Below are positions 30,544-41,843 of a stretch of 64,000 nucleotides of DNA, piece after piece (positions within the stretch are counted from its first letter, which is position 1; every line of letters begins with the position of its first letter). Source of the stretch: an uncultured delta proteobacterium (GTDB lineage: Bacteria > Myxococcota > B64-G9). The position numbers and the translations under genes were made by a program. The stretch spans positions 224,001-288,000 of the forward strand of contig CAVWHX010000007.1 in assembly GCA_963754925.1 (NCBI GenBank). Direction: 5' to 3'. Below the pieces are notes generated by a model. It worked only from the letters and a program-made list of their open reading frames with translations, made no database searches and was not told where the DNA came from.

Positions 30544-31301
30544 ATGTATTGGCGTCTATTTATGATAACATTGATATTGGCACTTCAACTGCCATTCACG
30601 GCGTGCAACTCTTGCATGGAGGCTTGTGAAATGTATCCATACAAAGAACTAACCTTCAAGAACCCGTTTGGCCCAGGAACAGATGCTGCCGAGGCGCTAT
30701 GCGGTCAGAAAATCTGGGGTCGTAGTGACCTAGTGTTCTTAGCGTGGGGAGAACGGCTTGTCTTCAACAAAGTTGGTCAACCCAAAGATGTTACTGCCTA
30801 TGAAACTATCACCTCGAAGGAAACCGGACAGGTCTGGTCTGGGCGATACACAATGCAAGCTGTTATGAACTATGAATCGATGGGGGCTGCATTCAATGCC
30901 GAGTATTTTGTGACAATAAAAAATATCCGTATCGCCGAACGCATGCCACCCTTGAAGGCGCCGCCGGGTTGGCGCGGCATCTTGCCTGGAGAGCACGTAT
31001 CGCGATCAATTGCTAACAACGATAAGGTTAACGACAAATACCTCATAGAATTACCGGCCAACAAGACTGCTCATTTTGCGATAGACACATCCCTGCCGAG
31101 CTTCAGGAAGATTATACCTTCAATTTCGTCATTACCAAGGATGGGGCCCCACTAACAATAACATATGACAAGAATTATGGAATCTTTAGCTTTCAAACCA
31201 CAAGCTCTGGACGTTATGAAATCCATGTGACCGAACCATTGGATAAGCGCGAGCGGCCCGACAAGTACACTTTCTACTTTTGGTGGGGTGACTATCTATA
31301 A
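30544..31301 (+). CDS. Putative immunity lipoprotein, copy 2 (frameshift near 31095)
   Basis: FTAC lipobox and NYESMGAAFNAEYF motif. Homology continues in another frame (ITKDGAPL...WWGDYL*). Confidence 0.65.
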
Positions 31302-31498
31302 GTTGGACGAAATCTTGGATTACAAAGGAGTAACATCTAAATTCAGAAACAAATGTTATAAGGAGTCAATAACAATGGTGGCCGAGCCCTTTGGATGGTT
31401 TCCGGATAATGTGATCCATGTGTTATTTTAAACAAAACTGCCGAGATTTACGGCAATTAGTGGCGGGCAACACTGCACCCTATAAAGGAGCCGCAACG

Positions 31499-32244
31499 AT
31501 GTATTGCCGTTTATTTCTTGTTTCGCTGATATCGGCACTTCTTCTGCCATTCACGGCGTGCAACTCTTGCATGGAGGCTTGTGAAATGTTTCCATACAAA
31601 GAACTAACATTCAAGAACCCGTTTCATCTTAGTATTGATATCGGAGAAGAACTATGCGGTCAAAAGGTTTGGGGTCGCAAGGATCTTGAGTTCAACTCCT
31701 GGGGTGAACCGCTCACTTTAAAAAGATTAATGAACCGAAAGACGTCACGGCGTATGGAACAATAACCTCACCGGAAACCGGACAGGTCTGGTCGGGGCGA
31801 TATACAATGCAAGCTGTTCTGAACTATGAATCAATGGGGGCTGCATTCAATGCCGAGTATTTTGTGGCTATAAAGAATGTCCGGCTAGTTGAGCGCATAC
31901 CACCCTTGCAGGCGCCACCGGGTTGGCGCGGCATTTTACCGGGAGAGTATGTATCACGATCCATTGCCAACAACAATAAAGTTGACGACAAGTACCTTAT
32001 TGAATTCCCGGCTAATAAGCCTGCTCACTTGAAGATAGATCCTTTGCCTGACGACTATCCCTTAAAGATCGACATATCCAAGGACGGGGTTTCTCTTCCA
32101 ATAATATATAACAAAAACGGCACGGGATACGGCTTCCAAACCAAGAGTGCTGGCCGTTATGAAATCCATGTGACCGAACCATTGGATAAGCGCGAGCGGC
32201 CCGACAAGTATACTTTTGATACTTGGTGGGATGATTTTCTGTAA
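31499..32244 (+). CDS. Putative immunity lipoprotein, copy 3 (frameshift near 31718)
   Basis: ORFs 31418..31765 and 31807..32244 together match copy 1. One T is missing from ACTTTAAAAAG. Confidence 0.65.
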
Positions 32245-32318
32245 TCCTGGCTAGGATCCAGGATTACGATTGAGCAGTAACTAAATTAGAAACAAATGTT
32301 ATTAAGGAGTCAATAACA

Positions 32319-34437
32319 ATGGTGGCCGAGCTCTTTGGATGGTTTCCGGATAAAGTGATCTATGGTTGTTTAAACAAAACCACCGATTACACCGACGTCG
32401 ATGAAATAAATTACTTCTATGATCCTAACAAGGTTTCAAGCAATGCGCGAAGCAGCACGCTTCAAGTGGCAAAAAACTCTGGGGCAAAGTATTCAAGCCC
32501 TTCGGGTGGCGCATGCCTTTACATGGATGTGGGTTGCTGGGCAGGCAATGGCCCGGACAATGATGCAAACCACCCGCGGCACCGGGAGTTTGGCATTGTG
32601 TTCGCTAACATAGCAATATTGTGTAGATATCCTGACCAGAAAAGGAAACCGTTCGATCCTAACACCAAAAGTATAAAAGTCGAGGTGAGGAATCAAAAGC
32701 TCCCAAATGGCAAGCTGATTTGGAAGGAGATTCTCGTCCCTTTTCTCGAACACCTTTCTATATCCTCGGACCTCGGCGCCGTCGAAGTAATCAAGGGTCT
32801 GGCTGTCAACGATTTCAGGCTCTCCGGGACACCGAAGCCGGATCTCGACTACCAAACACTTCACGTATTTCTCGGCGATCTCCACCTTCCCATGATGACG
32901 GACCCGGCAAATACGCAGCTTCACGGGTTTCGCTGTGGAAGGCTCGATATCAACCTCAATGTTTTGGCTATGACTAAAGAGTTCGATAAGCTCATGGGCC
33001 TTTGTGGTGGTATTCCCACCATTGCCGGCGCGGCATGTGTCGCATATTTTCTCAGCAAGCTCCGCCGTATCGAAACCCTTGAGGCATGGTATGGTCCGGC
33101 CAGCGACGGTCCGATTGACAAAAAGGAGGCGGACGATTGGTATAGATATTATCGCGGCATACAAGGCAAAAAGAAAGGCGCGGACATATTTCAGGAAGCG
33201 CACAAGGATCTTTTTCACTGGCTGAGTCTCCTTAATGGTTACCCTGCTCGGTCCAATGGGCTCAGGAACGGAATATCACTGGTTCAATGCGGCGATATGT
33301 TCGATTTCTGGATTGGTCTTAAGTGCGGTTTTGGCCCAAATGTTTCACTCCATGATGGTGTGCAGAATTGGGTGACATTCTGGAGGAATCAAGTCTTAGC
33401 TTATACTCCCGCTGGCTCGCCGGTCTTGTTACTGGAAGCTTTGCCCAGGAACGGTTTCAATATCACCTTGGTGCATGGGAATCACGATAACTACCTGAGG
33501 GGGCGTGAGAAGAGAGTGGCCGCCTATGGCGATGACCGTCAGAGCCTTGTTTGGGCGGAACACGGCCACGCTTCGGACAGTCGGAATTGCGATGACGACC
33601 CTCAGAGTGGCTGGGCCATCACGCAGCTCGCATTTATCTTGCCATGGGTGAGAAAGGTGGAATCTCCTTTAATCACGCTACTAACAAAATTTGAAAAGGA
33701 TCTTCCCGTACCCGCCTGGGCCCGCGCTCCCGGAGAACGGCTGGAGCGGATGGCTCACGGGGCCGACGTGTGTCTCACGAGGAACAAGTTGATTTACGTA
33801 ATGGCGCACACTCACGAGCCGCACCTGAAACGCGTTATTATTCAGCCTGAGGACAAACGCGAGGTGTTGATGCAGAATATATCAATTATCTTCTGTAGGC
33901 GTGATCAGTTGAATGAGATCAAGGCACTAGCTTCGGCTTTGGAGCAGGCCGTCGATGCAGAGGAGCAAATGCGAAAGCGGTTAGGTACAACTATTGGTGA
34001 TTCAGTTCATAATATGGTCCAATTTCAAGAAGCAATACTACAAGAGGAATGGAAAATGGCGCAGGCGTTCGCAAGATTATGCGGGAAAGCGGCTGATCGA
34101 ACGTATGTTGAAATTATCATGGACTATCGGATCGCCAAGCAGCGCGGGAAGATTGAGTGGGAGGCTCTTTAAAACTGAGGCAAAGAGGGTAAAGGGAAAA
34201 GTTTTGGAAAGCGCTGAGATGGCGGAGTTGGCCGTTGAGTTGTATTGGAACCTAGTGAAGGCGGAATTAAAATCAATTCAGCGGGCCGGACAACAATTGG
34301 AAAACGATCTGGAAAGGGTGGAGAAAAAGATAGAAGAGTTACCAAGTGATTTTCGTAAAAAGTTTGGAGAATTTATGCAAAAGCTTGGAGATGATATCAA
34401 GCAAATGAGTGATGATATGGGTCCAGGGATACTATAG
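32319..34437 (+). CDS. Putative secreted effector with a calcineurin-like metallophosphoesterase domain and coiled-coil tail (probable frameshift near 34164)
   Basis: GDLH, CGDMFD, HGNHD, EHGH and AHTH motifs in canonical order. ORF 32319..34172 continues in the +1 frame to 34437. Confidence 0.7.
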
Positions 34438-34520
34438 TAGTTATAGTGTTGTTGATCAAAAACGTATTGCGAGCATCAGGTTGAGATTCCATACAAAACC
34501 ATAGGAGCGAAGGAGACAGG

Positions 34521-34910
34521 ATGAGCGATGTGGTCACCAACGGCGCAACGCTTCAGTGTTCGCAGGGAACGGCGCCGAGCACGTTGACGGTGCTGCCGAA
34601 TAACAACGTTGATGGTGAAAACCAACCGGCGGCCACAATCAATGATTATCAGCCCAACGTAAACATTATGCCGTTTGGCATGTGCATTACTCTAGCCAAC
34701 CCCCAGGTGGCGGCGGCCACGGCGGCGGCTCTGGGGGTGTTAACACCACAGCCCTGCATACCAATGACCACGGCGCCCTGGACGCCCGGGTCGTCCACGG
34801 TAATGGCCGCCAATCAATGTTTGCTGACGAACGACTCAACATGCAACTGCCAGTGGACCGGGGTGATCGAGATCAAGGCAGCCGGACAAACAACGAACGA
34901 GACAAGTTAG
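34521..34910 (+). CDS. DUF4280 PAAR-like spike-tip protein
   Basis: GATLQCSQG, NIMPFGMC, PQPCIP...WTPG and CNCQWTG motifs. Confidence 0.9.
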   Translation: MSDVVTNGATLQCSQGTAPSTLTVLPNNNVDGENQPAATINDYQPNVNIMPFGMCITLANPQVAAATAAALGVLTPQPCIPMTTAPWTPGSSTVMAANQCLLTNDSTCNCQWTGVIEIKAAGQTTNETS

Positions 34911-34942
34911 CTCGGAACACAGCACGAGAGATCCCTGACGGC

Positions 34943-35002
34943 TCACCAAAAATCCCATTGAAATTGCTACCGATTCGTCGGCCTTGGTGCTGATATTTTA
35001 GT
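34943..35002 (+). repeat. 60-bp direct repeat, copy 1 (copy 2 at 38325-38384)
   Basis: TCACCAAAAATCCCATTGAAATTGCTACCGATTCGTCGGCCTTGGTGCTGATATTTTAGT, with 3 mismatches to copy 2. Confidence 0.9.
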
Positions 35003-35134
35003 TTCACAAATGAAAGAGCCCATTTTTCGTTTCCAAAAGTCGCCGAACCTTATCCTATGTTCCTTTGCCGGTCGCCACGAGATGTGCTATACATTCTTGG
35101 CCGCTTTACGAAGATTAAACGTTTGGGAAAAGAC

Positions 35135-35476
35135 ATGAGAATTATTTCCAATGCAATTTCAATGGCAGATCTAACGGTAATGGCCAAAGCGCGATTTGGG
35201 GATCTCGTGAAAGCGGTGGTTGATGTTGAACGCGAACTCATGGCTGTTGATGGAGAACTTCACTCTGATGAAGAGGCTCTTCTTCTTGAGAATGGGTCGC
35301 TCCAAAGAAATTTATGGGGCATTAATATTTATCCCGAGATCGAAAAAGACTGGATCGAGTTTGATTCAATAATAAACATACGTCCGTCTCAAAACAACCG
35401 TTCGCGAGGGGTGGATGATGCCGCCATTCGGGAAAAGATAATCAACGTTGTACTGAAACTGGTAAGGAAGCAATGA
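35135..35476 (+). CDS. DUF5674-like protein
   Basis: VKAVVDVE...GELHSDEEALLLENGS.Q.NLWGINIYP...INIRPSQNNRS. Confidence 0.75.
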   Translation: MRIISNAISMADLTVMAKARFGDLVKAVVDVERELMAVDGELHSDEEALLLENGSLQRNLWGINIYPEIEKDWIEFDSIINIRPSQNNRSRGVDDAAIREKIINVVLKLVRKQ

Positions 35477-35811
35477 GTTATCAACATCAATCCTTGGCAT
35501 CAGGCCGGTGGTACGCTTTTTCCTTGATGGAACAGATGGCCAACATCGGAAGCGAAGTGGAGCGGACGATACGATGGCGTCAGAAAAATAATCTTGAATA
35601 TAGCGCCAAGGCATTCGATCGCGCTTTAGAGCTTCTGGAATTAACGATTTCCGACCCGAGACACCAACATCGTCTCAGAGAGTTAACACGTTTAAGGGAA
35701 ACCCTCTTAGATTATTTCGTTGGCGACAACCAGTTTCATGCTACCGATGATAATTGGAAAAAGTATTTTTATGCCTTTAGCTTTGCCGCGAGCCTTGAAA
35801 AGGGAAGGTAA
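35473..35811 (+). CDS. Small helical hypothetical protein coupled to DUF5674
   Basis: ATGA overlap with the upstream gene; GRW..FSLMEQMANIGSEVER motif. Confidence 0.7.
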   Translation: MSYQHQSLASGRWYAFSLMEQMANIGSEVERTIRWRQKNNLEYSAKAFDRALELLELTISDPRHQHRLRELTRLRETLLDYFVGDNQFHATDDNWKKYFYAFSFAASLEKGR

Positions 35812-36305
35812 TCTTTTCGATACAGAGGATAAAGGGGTCAGACCGGCACCTGATACTTATGTTCCTTCTCTCGAAAGCCAGTTCTTCACTTTATAAGAAC
35901 GCACCGGTATAAGCCAACGGAGGCGGAAAGCAGTGAGCAGGAAACCTCACATTGCGTTCTCCACGACGTAATCGCTCAGCGGCAGATGGACCCTGTGGCA
36001 TGCCATTATACATAACTGCTCAAATGATAAAGTAATTTTGTCAGTAACTAACGAAAACGACCATAATGGAAATCTACCACACTAACGATTCAAGTGTCTG
36101 AAGATCGGACAGTTGGAAAAATAAGCGGGTGGCTCCTAATTGGCTCCTAATTGGGTTGACTAGTGGCAGGGGCTTCCTCTCCTTGAAGAAAAAATCGATG
36201 TGAGGGCAATCCAGGTACTGTCCGAGAGACAAGCGTATCGGATAACTAATTGATTTAATGATAAATATGTGATAAAGGCAGCACCAGCGAGAGAGGGATT
36301 CTCTA

Positions 36306-38015
36306 TTACTTTGTCTTCACAAGGCGAAAACCTATAAAGCTCACTCTGTTGCTCGGGAGGTAGTAAATCACGTCGCCAACTTGTAGGTGGAATGCAACGT
36401 CGTCCCAGCTTCCTCCGCGAACCACGCGGCCGGAGCCGTTTGACCAATCAAAGCACCACTCCCAAACATTACCGTTCATGTCATAGATGCCAAGGGTGTT
36501 GACCTGCTTTGTTGCCACATCATGCGTTGTAATATTAGAGTTTCCAGAATACCATGCATAATTCCCAAAAACTGTAGAAGTACCGCTATCGGCAGGATAA
36601 CAATAACTGCTCGTATCTCCACTGGCATGATTTCCCTTTGTCCAGTATATGCCGCTACCAGAAGGCATTTCTAGCGCATTTGTGGCGTTGCTTCCTTGGT
36701 ACCTAGCAGCACACTCCCATTCTATACTCCCCGGCAGTTGGAACCCATTGGCACCGGAATTGACATAAGGATTGTCTTCAGTACCCAAAACAGTGGTAAT
36801 AGTAGTGCTATTATCCACGCTCCGGATAGGAGTGGTATAACCGGCATCAGTATAATACACCGGTGAAAGCCCCGCCAACTCGCTGGCTGCATTAGACCAC
36901 ACCATGGCGTCCCGCCAGTTGATGGTGGTTACGGGGTTCTGGTTTGTACCTATCGGACCAGTATTGAGATCGCCACCCTGCCTACCTGGATTGGCAAATG
37001 TATAGCCGTTTGACGTTGCCCAGGTGTATACGGCACTCCACAACTCATAGGTCACATCGGTCTCACCCATCCAGAATGCGGTCACCGTTTGGTTGCCCCC
37101 CAGATCATTGGTGCCAGTAGGAAACGTACCTCCCGGTACATAGATCATATTAAACTTGACGTCTTCAATGGAATAAGGGCAGCATCCACCACCGCTCACA
37201 CAGGTTGTAATCGGCGTGTTCACGCACGCTGCCGTGCAGGTGCCGGCGTTTTGAAGCGTCGAGGTGGTGCAGACGTTAGGAGCCGTACAGCTCGTTGGGC
37301 ACGCGCCTGCTAGACCAGCGGCGATTGTGATGTCACAGGTCTCGCCAACCGACACCACTCCGTCGCCGCACGTCACAGGACAATCGCTGTCGGTGAGAAT
37401 GTTGCAACCGGTTGGGCAGCAACCGTCGTCGTTTATACAGGTTTGCGGACATTCATTTATCGCGATAGGGTGCGAAAATGGGTAACCGACGTCATCGAGT
37501 CTGGTCGTATCCTTGCCGTGCCTGGTGTTATCCATCACCGTGACTTTAATCGAGAGCGTCTCGTTATCTTCAGTTGGTTGGCTTGGAACCGACACAACAT
37601 TATTCTCCACGCGGTTCGTTAGATAGGCTTTGCTGCTGTCATTTGCGTCCGTTTTAAAGGTCAGCCAACTCAACTTTCCTCCCGTATCATTGACGATTGT
37701 AAAATCTCCCCACGTGTACGGAGGGATACCCCCACTTGCATCCAGCTCAACACTATAATTATTTTGCCCCACATTCGGATCTTTCCAACCTCCGGGGGAA
37801 GTTATAGTTATTGTTAAAGGTGTTACCACCACACACTTGCCACAGGTATCCATAGAACAGGAGTGTAGGCCCTCGGAAGTGGTCAGACACTGGTCGTTGC
37901 TCGTACAACAATAATTATCACTAGTAGAGCAGCCTGCTCCACCTAAAAGCATAATCACCATCATAGAACCTGCTAATATATGGTTTCTCATAGACTTTCC
38001 TCCACAGAAGCGCAT
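36306..38015 (-). CDS. Lipoprotein with an Ig-like segment, Cys-rich repeat and C-terminal FGE-sulfatase/SUMF1 domain; paralog of 9939..12005
   Basis: GAGC lipobox, ASGGIPPYTW, and IEWECAAR, YDMNGNVWEWC and RGGSW...IGFR motifs. Confidence 0.9.
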   Translation of the reverse strand: MRFCGGKSMRNHILAGSMMVIMLLGGAGCSTSDNYCCTSNDQCLTTSEGLHSCSMDTCGKCVVVTPLTITITSPGGWKDPNVGQNNYSVELDASGGIPPYTWGDFTIVNDTGGKLSWLTFKTDANDSSKAYLTNRVENNVVSVPSQPTEDNETLSIKVTVMDNTRHGKDTTRLDDVGYPFSHPIAINECPQTCINDDGCCPTGCNILTDSDCPVTCGDGVVSVGETCDITIAAGLAGACPTSCTAPNVCTTSTLQNAGTCTAACVNTPITTCVSGGGCCPYSIEDVKFNMIYVPGGTFPTGTNDLGGNQTVTAFWMGETDVTYELWSAVYTWATSNGYTFANPGRQGGDLNTGPIGTNQNPVTTINWRDAMVWSNAASELAGLSPVYYTDAGYTTPIRSVDNSTTITTVLGTEDNPYVNSGANGFQLPGSIEWECAARYQGSNATNALEMPSGSGIYWTKGNHASGDTSSYCYPADSGTSTVFGNYAWYSGNSNITTHDVATKQVNTLGIYDMNGNVWEWCFDWSNGSGRVVRGGSWDDVAFHLQVGDVIYYLPSNRVSFIGFRLVKTK

Positions 38016-38324
38016 ACCAACGTTTTAGATCGTCAAAAACCAGCATATTTTGTAATATTATTAATACTTTCTTCACTATGATAAATCAAGACGTATCACT
38101 CAGCTTGATCACCATGGTGTACCGTTTGACCTCGGCAGTTGATTCACGATCCTCCAGGATTTGTTTTTCGAATCGTTTCACCTGCCCGTTGTCCTTTATG
38201 ATGCAACTCTCACGTGGCCAGGACGTCGACCCAATCACCGGGTTGGCCGGGATCGTTGCGAGGCTTTTAATGCTTCGGCCGGGAGAGGCAACTGAATGGT
38301 TGACAGATCCATTCAAACCAATAG

Positions 38325-38384
38325 TCACCAAAAATCTCATTGAAATTGCTGCCGATTCGTCGGCCTTGGTGATGATATTTTAGT
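38325..38384 (+). repeat. 60-bp direct repeat, copy 2
   Basis: Matches 34943-35002. Confidence 0.9.
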
Positions 38385-38414
38385 ATAACTACTCGTAAAA
38401 ATTGATTAAGTACT

Positions 38415-38438
38415 CAGATTCAGGGTCTCGTGGGTGCA
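38415..38438 (+). tRNA. Short tRNA-Leu(CAG) anticodon-arm fragment (att-like)
   Basis: CAGATTCAGGGTCTCGTGGGTGCA matches ATTCAGGGTCTCTTGGGTGCA at 16386-16406. Confidence 0.55.
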
Positions 38439-38619
38439 CGCTTGAGCAACCACCTCACCATGTTGGTCTTATGCTTTTCGCAGCCACCAAGATTGGCGGC
38501 CGCGTGTATTACATGTTAAACTTCTTGTGATAGCGAACCGGCAACCGATCTTTCGGAGTAACAAGGACCCTTGAAAGCAAAAAACCGCATCAACAACTCA
38601 CCGAAAAGTTCTCGAAGCA

Positions 38620-39271
38620 ATGTGTCGTCAATTCCATGGGTAGAGCTCGGACCGGCGCGGCAATAACCACCAGACACCTGGAGGGCTTCCCGTGAATGGA
38701 GGAAACCGGATTCAGCTGCTGAGGCACCACACGAAATATGTATGTCTGGTATTGGGCCTGTCGTGTAGGGTTGGAAAAAGCTCAACCGGAAAGACCTGCG
38801 ATGGCGGCGATTGCCACTACCTGGTAATGGACATCCCCAATCGCCAACGGACACATCGATCACGCAATTCGGTTCATTCTTCCCAACTCGCGCATTCAGA
38901 ACAAACAGTACGTCAGACACGCCACACACGGGACAGGCGGATCGACCTGGGCGCAGAGTAACGGCGTGCCCTACGGGGCCCGCTTCAGGCTGAAATCCTC
39001 CTTCGACGCCTCAACACTGTCGACGGGGGCTCAGGTGGTTGTCGCCGCGCTTAAGAAGTACGGGATGATTCTATCAGATGGCGGCACTATTGCGCTCACC
39101 GCCAAGAGCGACCAATTCTCAACGACCAAGTGGACCAATCTGGGGTCGCATGATCTGAGTTCGCTCCAACCGACGGATTTTGAGATGGTCGAGGCCACCT
39201 ATGGCACGGATCAGGTCAGCTCCGCGCAACGGTTTAATTTCACCAGTTACGATTGCGTGCGCAATCCGTAA
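38620..39271 (+). pseudogene. Degraded gene fragment (C-terminus of a secreted hypothetical protein)
   Basis: Protein-like pieces in different frames (TCDGGDCHYLVMD; PYGARFRLKSSFD...ALKKYGMILSDGG) and no start. Confidence 0.55.
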
Positions 39272-39438
39272 ACTTGTGGGGAGGGACCGTACCTTCTAAC
39301 GGTCGGCCCGACAGAAGAATGACCCATGTATCCCTGAATATTACCAAGGTTAATCGATTCAGAAAGACGTATGTTGTGTATACATGCACACGATGCCGCT
39401 CTGTCCGTTAATCTCCGCTTTGGTTAATTCGCCACCGA

Positions 39439-40517
39439 TTACCCTTTAAGGAAGCCGATGATATCACCGCCTACTTCCTTGATCGTGCGACCTTCGAGCA
39501 CTGTACCGGCGTTAATATCCATATCGTCTTTCATGTTCTCGAACAATACGCTGTTGCTGGCGACTTTGATGACCGGTACGACCGGATAGCCGAGGGGTTG
39601 ACCGCGTCCCGTCGTGAACAGGATCGCTTGGGCACCGGAGGCAGCCACACCCGTCATCGACTCGGTGTCGTAACCCGGACCGTTCATTATTACGACGCCT
39701 TTTTGTGAAGGTATCTCGCCGTATTCCACCACTTGAGTAATCACCTTGCAGCCTGCCTTCACGATGCACCCGAGCGATTTCTCCCGTATGGAACTCATGC
39801 CTCCGTCCATATTTCCGGGTGAAATCGACAGTTGTGCAAACGAGCCCAACAATTTCTGCGCGGTCGCGTCGGTTTCGGAAATAATCTTGTCTATCTGAAG
39901 CGCCACCTCTTCGTTCGCGGCTCTCCGCTTAAGGATATGGTTTGTGCCGATCATTTCCGTTGTCTCCGTAAGAATAACGGTGCCTCCGTTATCAACTATC
40001 CAGTCCGATGCGATGCCAACTGAAGGATTCGCCGTTATTCCTGAGAAAGCATCGGATCCTCCGCATTCGAGCCCCACCGTAATCATGCCCAACGGCACGG
40101 TCGTTTGCTGCAATTGCCGAACCTCGATTAAGAATTTTTAACAATACTGATGCCTTTTTCCGCTGTCTTCCTGGTCCCACCTTCTTTCTGGATGATCAGG
40201 GAGTTAACTGGTTTTTTTGCGAGCGAGGCGACCATTTCCAATCCTTCAGTATTGATAAACTCGCATCCAAGCCCGATTATCAGCATTGCCGCGATATTCG
40301 GATTCTTTGCCAGATTCTGCAGGGTTTTTATGTGGAGCACGAGGTCCGACCCCCCCCTTCCGCAGCCGTGTCCATGATAGAGAGGAGCGGCTTCAGGAAC
40401 CGCCCTGGCGATCAAACTAACAACACCGTTGGCGCACGATACCGTCGGTATCACCGCAACATGATTTCTTATACCGACCGATCCGTCAGCTCTTTGATAC
40501 GCATAAATTGTCTCCAT
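39439..40517 (-). pseudogene. UxaA/GarD family dehydratase large subunit, frameshifted at an A-run near 40135 and apparently C-terminally clipped
   Basis: DGSVGIRNH, IGLGCE, CGGSDAFSGITANP, SPGNMDGG..EKSLG and FTTGRG motifs. Confidence 0.8.
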
Positions 40518-40524
40518 GAATCTG

Positions 40525-40788
40525 CTACTCCTCTATTGATATATTGTGAATGTGTACCCATTCCCCTTTCTTAAGTACTCCTTTCGCTTGGCCGATGGGT
40601 TCCCCGTACTTAATTATTTCCTGGCCGTCGGCGATATCCAGGCGCGCGACTTTATGACCGTAGGGAATATCGGCGAGAGCCGTAAAAGTTTCATCTCCGG
40701 GCAGAACTACCATATCGCCCTTTGCAATATTCTTGATCGCCACGACGACGTTATCCTTGCCATTGATTTCCATAGCATTTACTTCCAC
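40525..40788 (-). CDS. UxaA-type SAF domain small subunit
   Basis: DNVVVA...IPYGHKVA...IIKYGEPIG...GEWVHIHN. Confidence 0.9.
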   Translation of the reverse strand: MEVNAMEINGKDNVVVAIKNIAKGDMVVLPGDETFTALADIPYGHKVARLDIADGQEIIKYGEPIGQAKGVLKKGEWVHIHNISIEE

Positions 40789-40924
40789 GCTGTGCTCCTA
40801 AGTTTTTGCTCGTTGATAGATTTTATCGATGGATAGTAAGAATAAACCGCACATTCCCAAGAGGCAAGTTTATCGTAAGACCTTTCGGGCATCTCCTCCC
40901 AACCCATAACTTTTCGACTAACGT

Positions 40925-41018
40925 ATTCAAATATCCGGGATTGTGGGTTCACCAAGTTACGCTTATCGTGGTTTGGTTGACTTGTTTTTTTATCGTGGAT
41001 TCGTTTTGGTGAGGGGCA
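40925..41018 (+). repeat. ~235-bp repeat, right portion
   Basis: ATATCCGGGATTGTGGGTTCACCAAGTTACGCTT...GTTTTGGTGAGGGGCA. Confidence 0.88.
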
Positions 41019-41189
41019 GCAAACCTGTGTCCTCGACCCGGGAATTGGAGGCCGTGGGCTTGTAATCTACCGACTTTTGCACAGGTGCCCAGACGCAAAA
41101 AGTGGTTGCCAAGAGAGTGGCAGTGTGTCTATCTCCAATGAGTCCGGGCGACAATCCCTGTCCGTCCAACTTTTTAAGGAGAGATCTCC

Positions 41190-41678
41190 ATGAAGCTCAA
41201 AACATCTTTAACCCTTGGTTTGCTGTTCGTTTCGCTTTCCGCCTACTCAATCGTGCGCGCCGAGGAGCGGCGCGAAGAGCGCCGCAGCACGCCGGTTCGC
41301 GTGGCTGCGCCCCGCGCGGCCCCGCCTCGCTTCCAAGCCCACCCACCCGGAGTGCATCCGCACGGCCCGATCGTTCGACAGCATCCCGTCCGGGTGCTGG
41401 CCCCCCGGGTCGTGGTTCATGGGACTCGCCAGTGGGACCACTGGGAGCACCCGGAGTTCGGGCGCCCCGTCTACTACTGGGATTGGGCAATAATTCACTA
41501 CGTCACGTGCGTCGCCGAAGACTCCTACGGAGACCAGTACCCGGTCACCGAGGCTACAGTCCTTGGTTTCGGCCTCGACAACATGACGACCGTCGAGGAC
41601 GACGCCCTCGATCGGTGCTACGCTGAATCTGGCCAGGATTCGAGTTGTTTCCTGGCGACCTGCTCGCACTTCTTATAG
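41190..41678 (+). CDS. Secreted hypothetical protein
   Basis: AAGGAGA RBS, signal peptide and a C-terminal Cys-containing domain. Confidence 0.7.
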   Translation: MKLKTSLTLGLLFVSLSAYSIVRAEERREERRSTPVRVAAPRAAPPRFQAHPPGVHPHGPIVRQHPVRVLAPRVVVHGTRQWDHWEHPEFGRPVYYWDWAIIHYVTCVAEDSYGDQYPVTEATVLGFGLDNMTTVEDDALDRCYAESGQDSSCFLATCSHFL

Positions 41679-41745
41679 ACGCGAGTCCAGGTCAAGGGGA
41701 TGAGGCGGAAGAGGATTTTGCAGATATAGGCCGTCACACGAATTT

Positions 41746-41843
41746 CTCCTTTTCCAACATCCAGGATGGTGGGTTCACCAGTTTACGTTTACCGTGGCTT
41801 GGTTGAGTTGGTTATTGTCTTGGCGTTGGGTTGGGGAGAGGTA
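41746..41843 (+). repeat. ~235-bp repeat, right portion
   Basis: CTTTTCCAACATCCAGGATGGTGGGTTCACC...GGGTTGGGGAGAGGTA. Confidence 0.88.
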
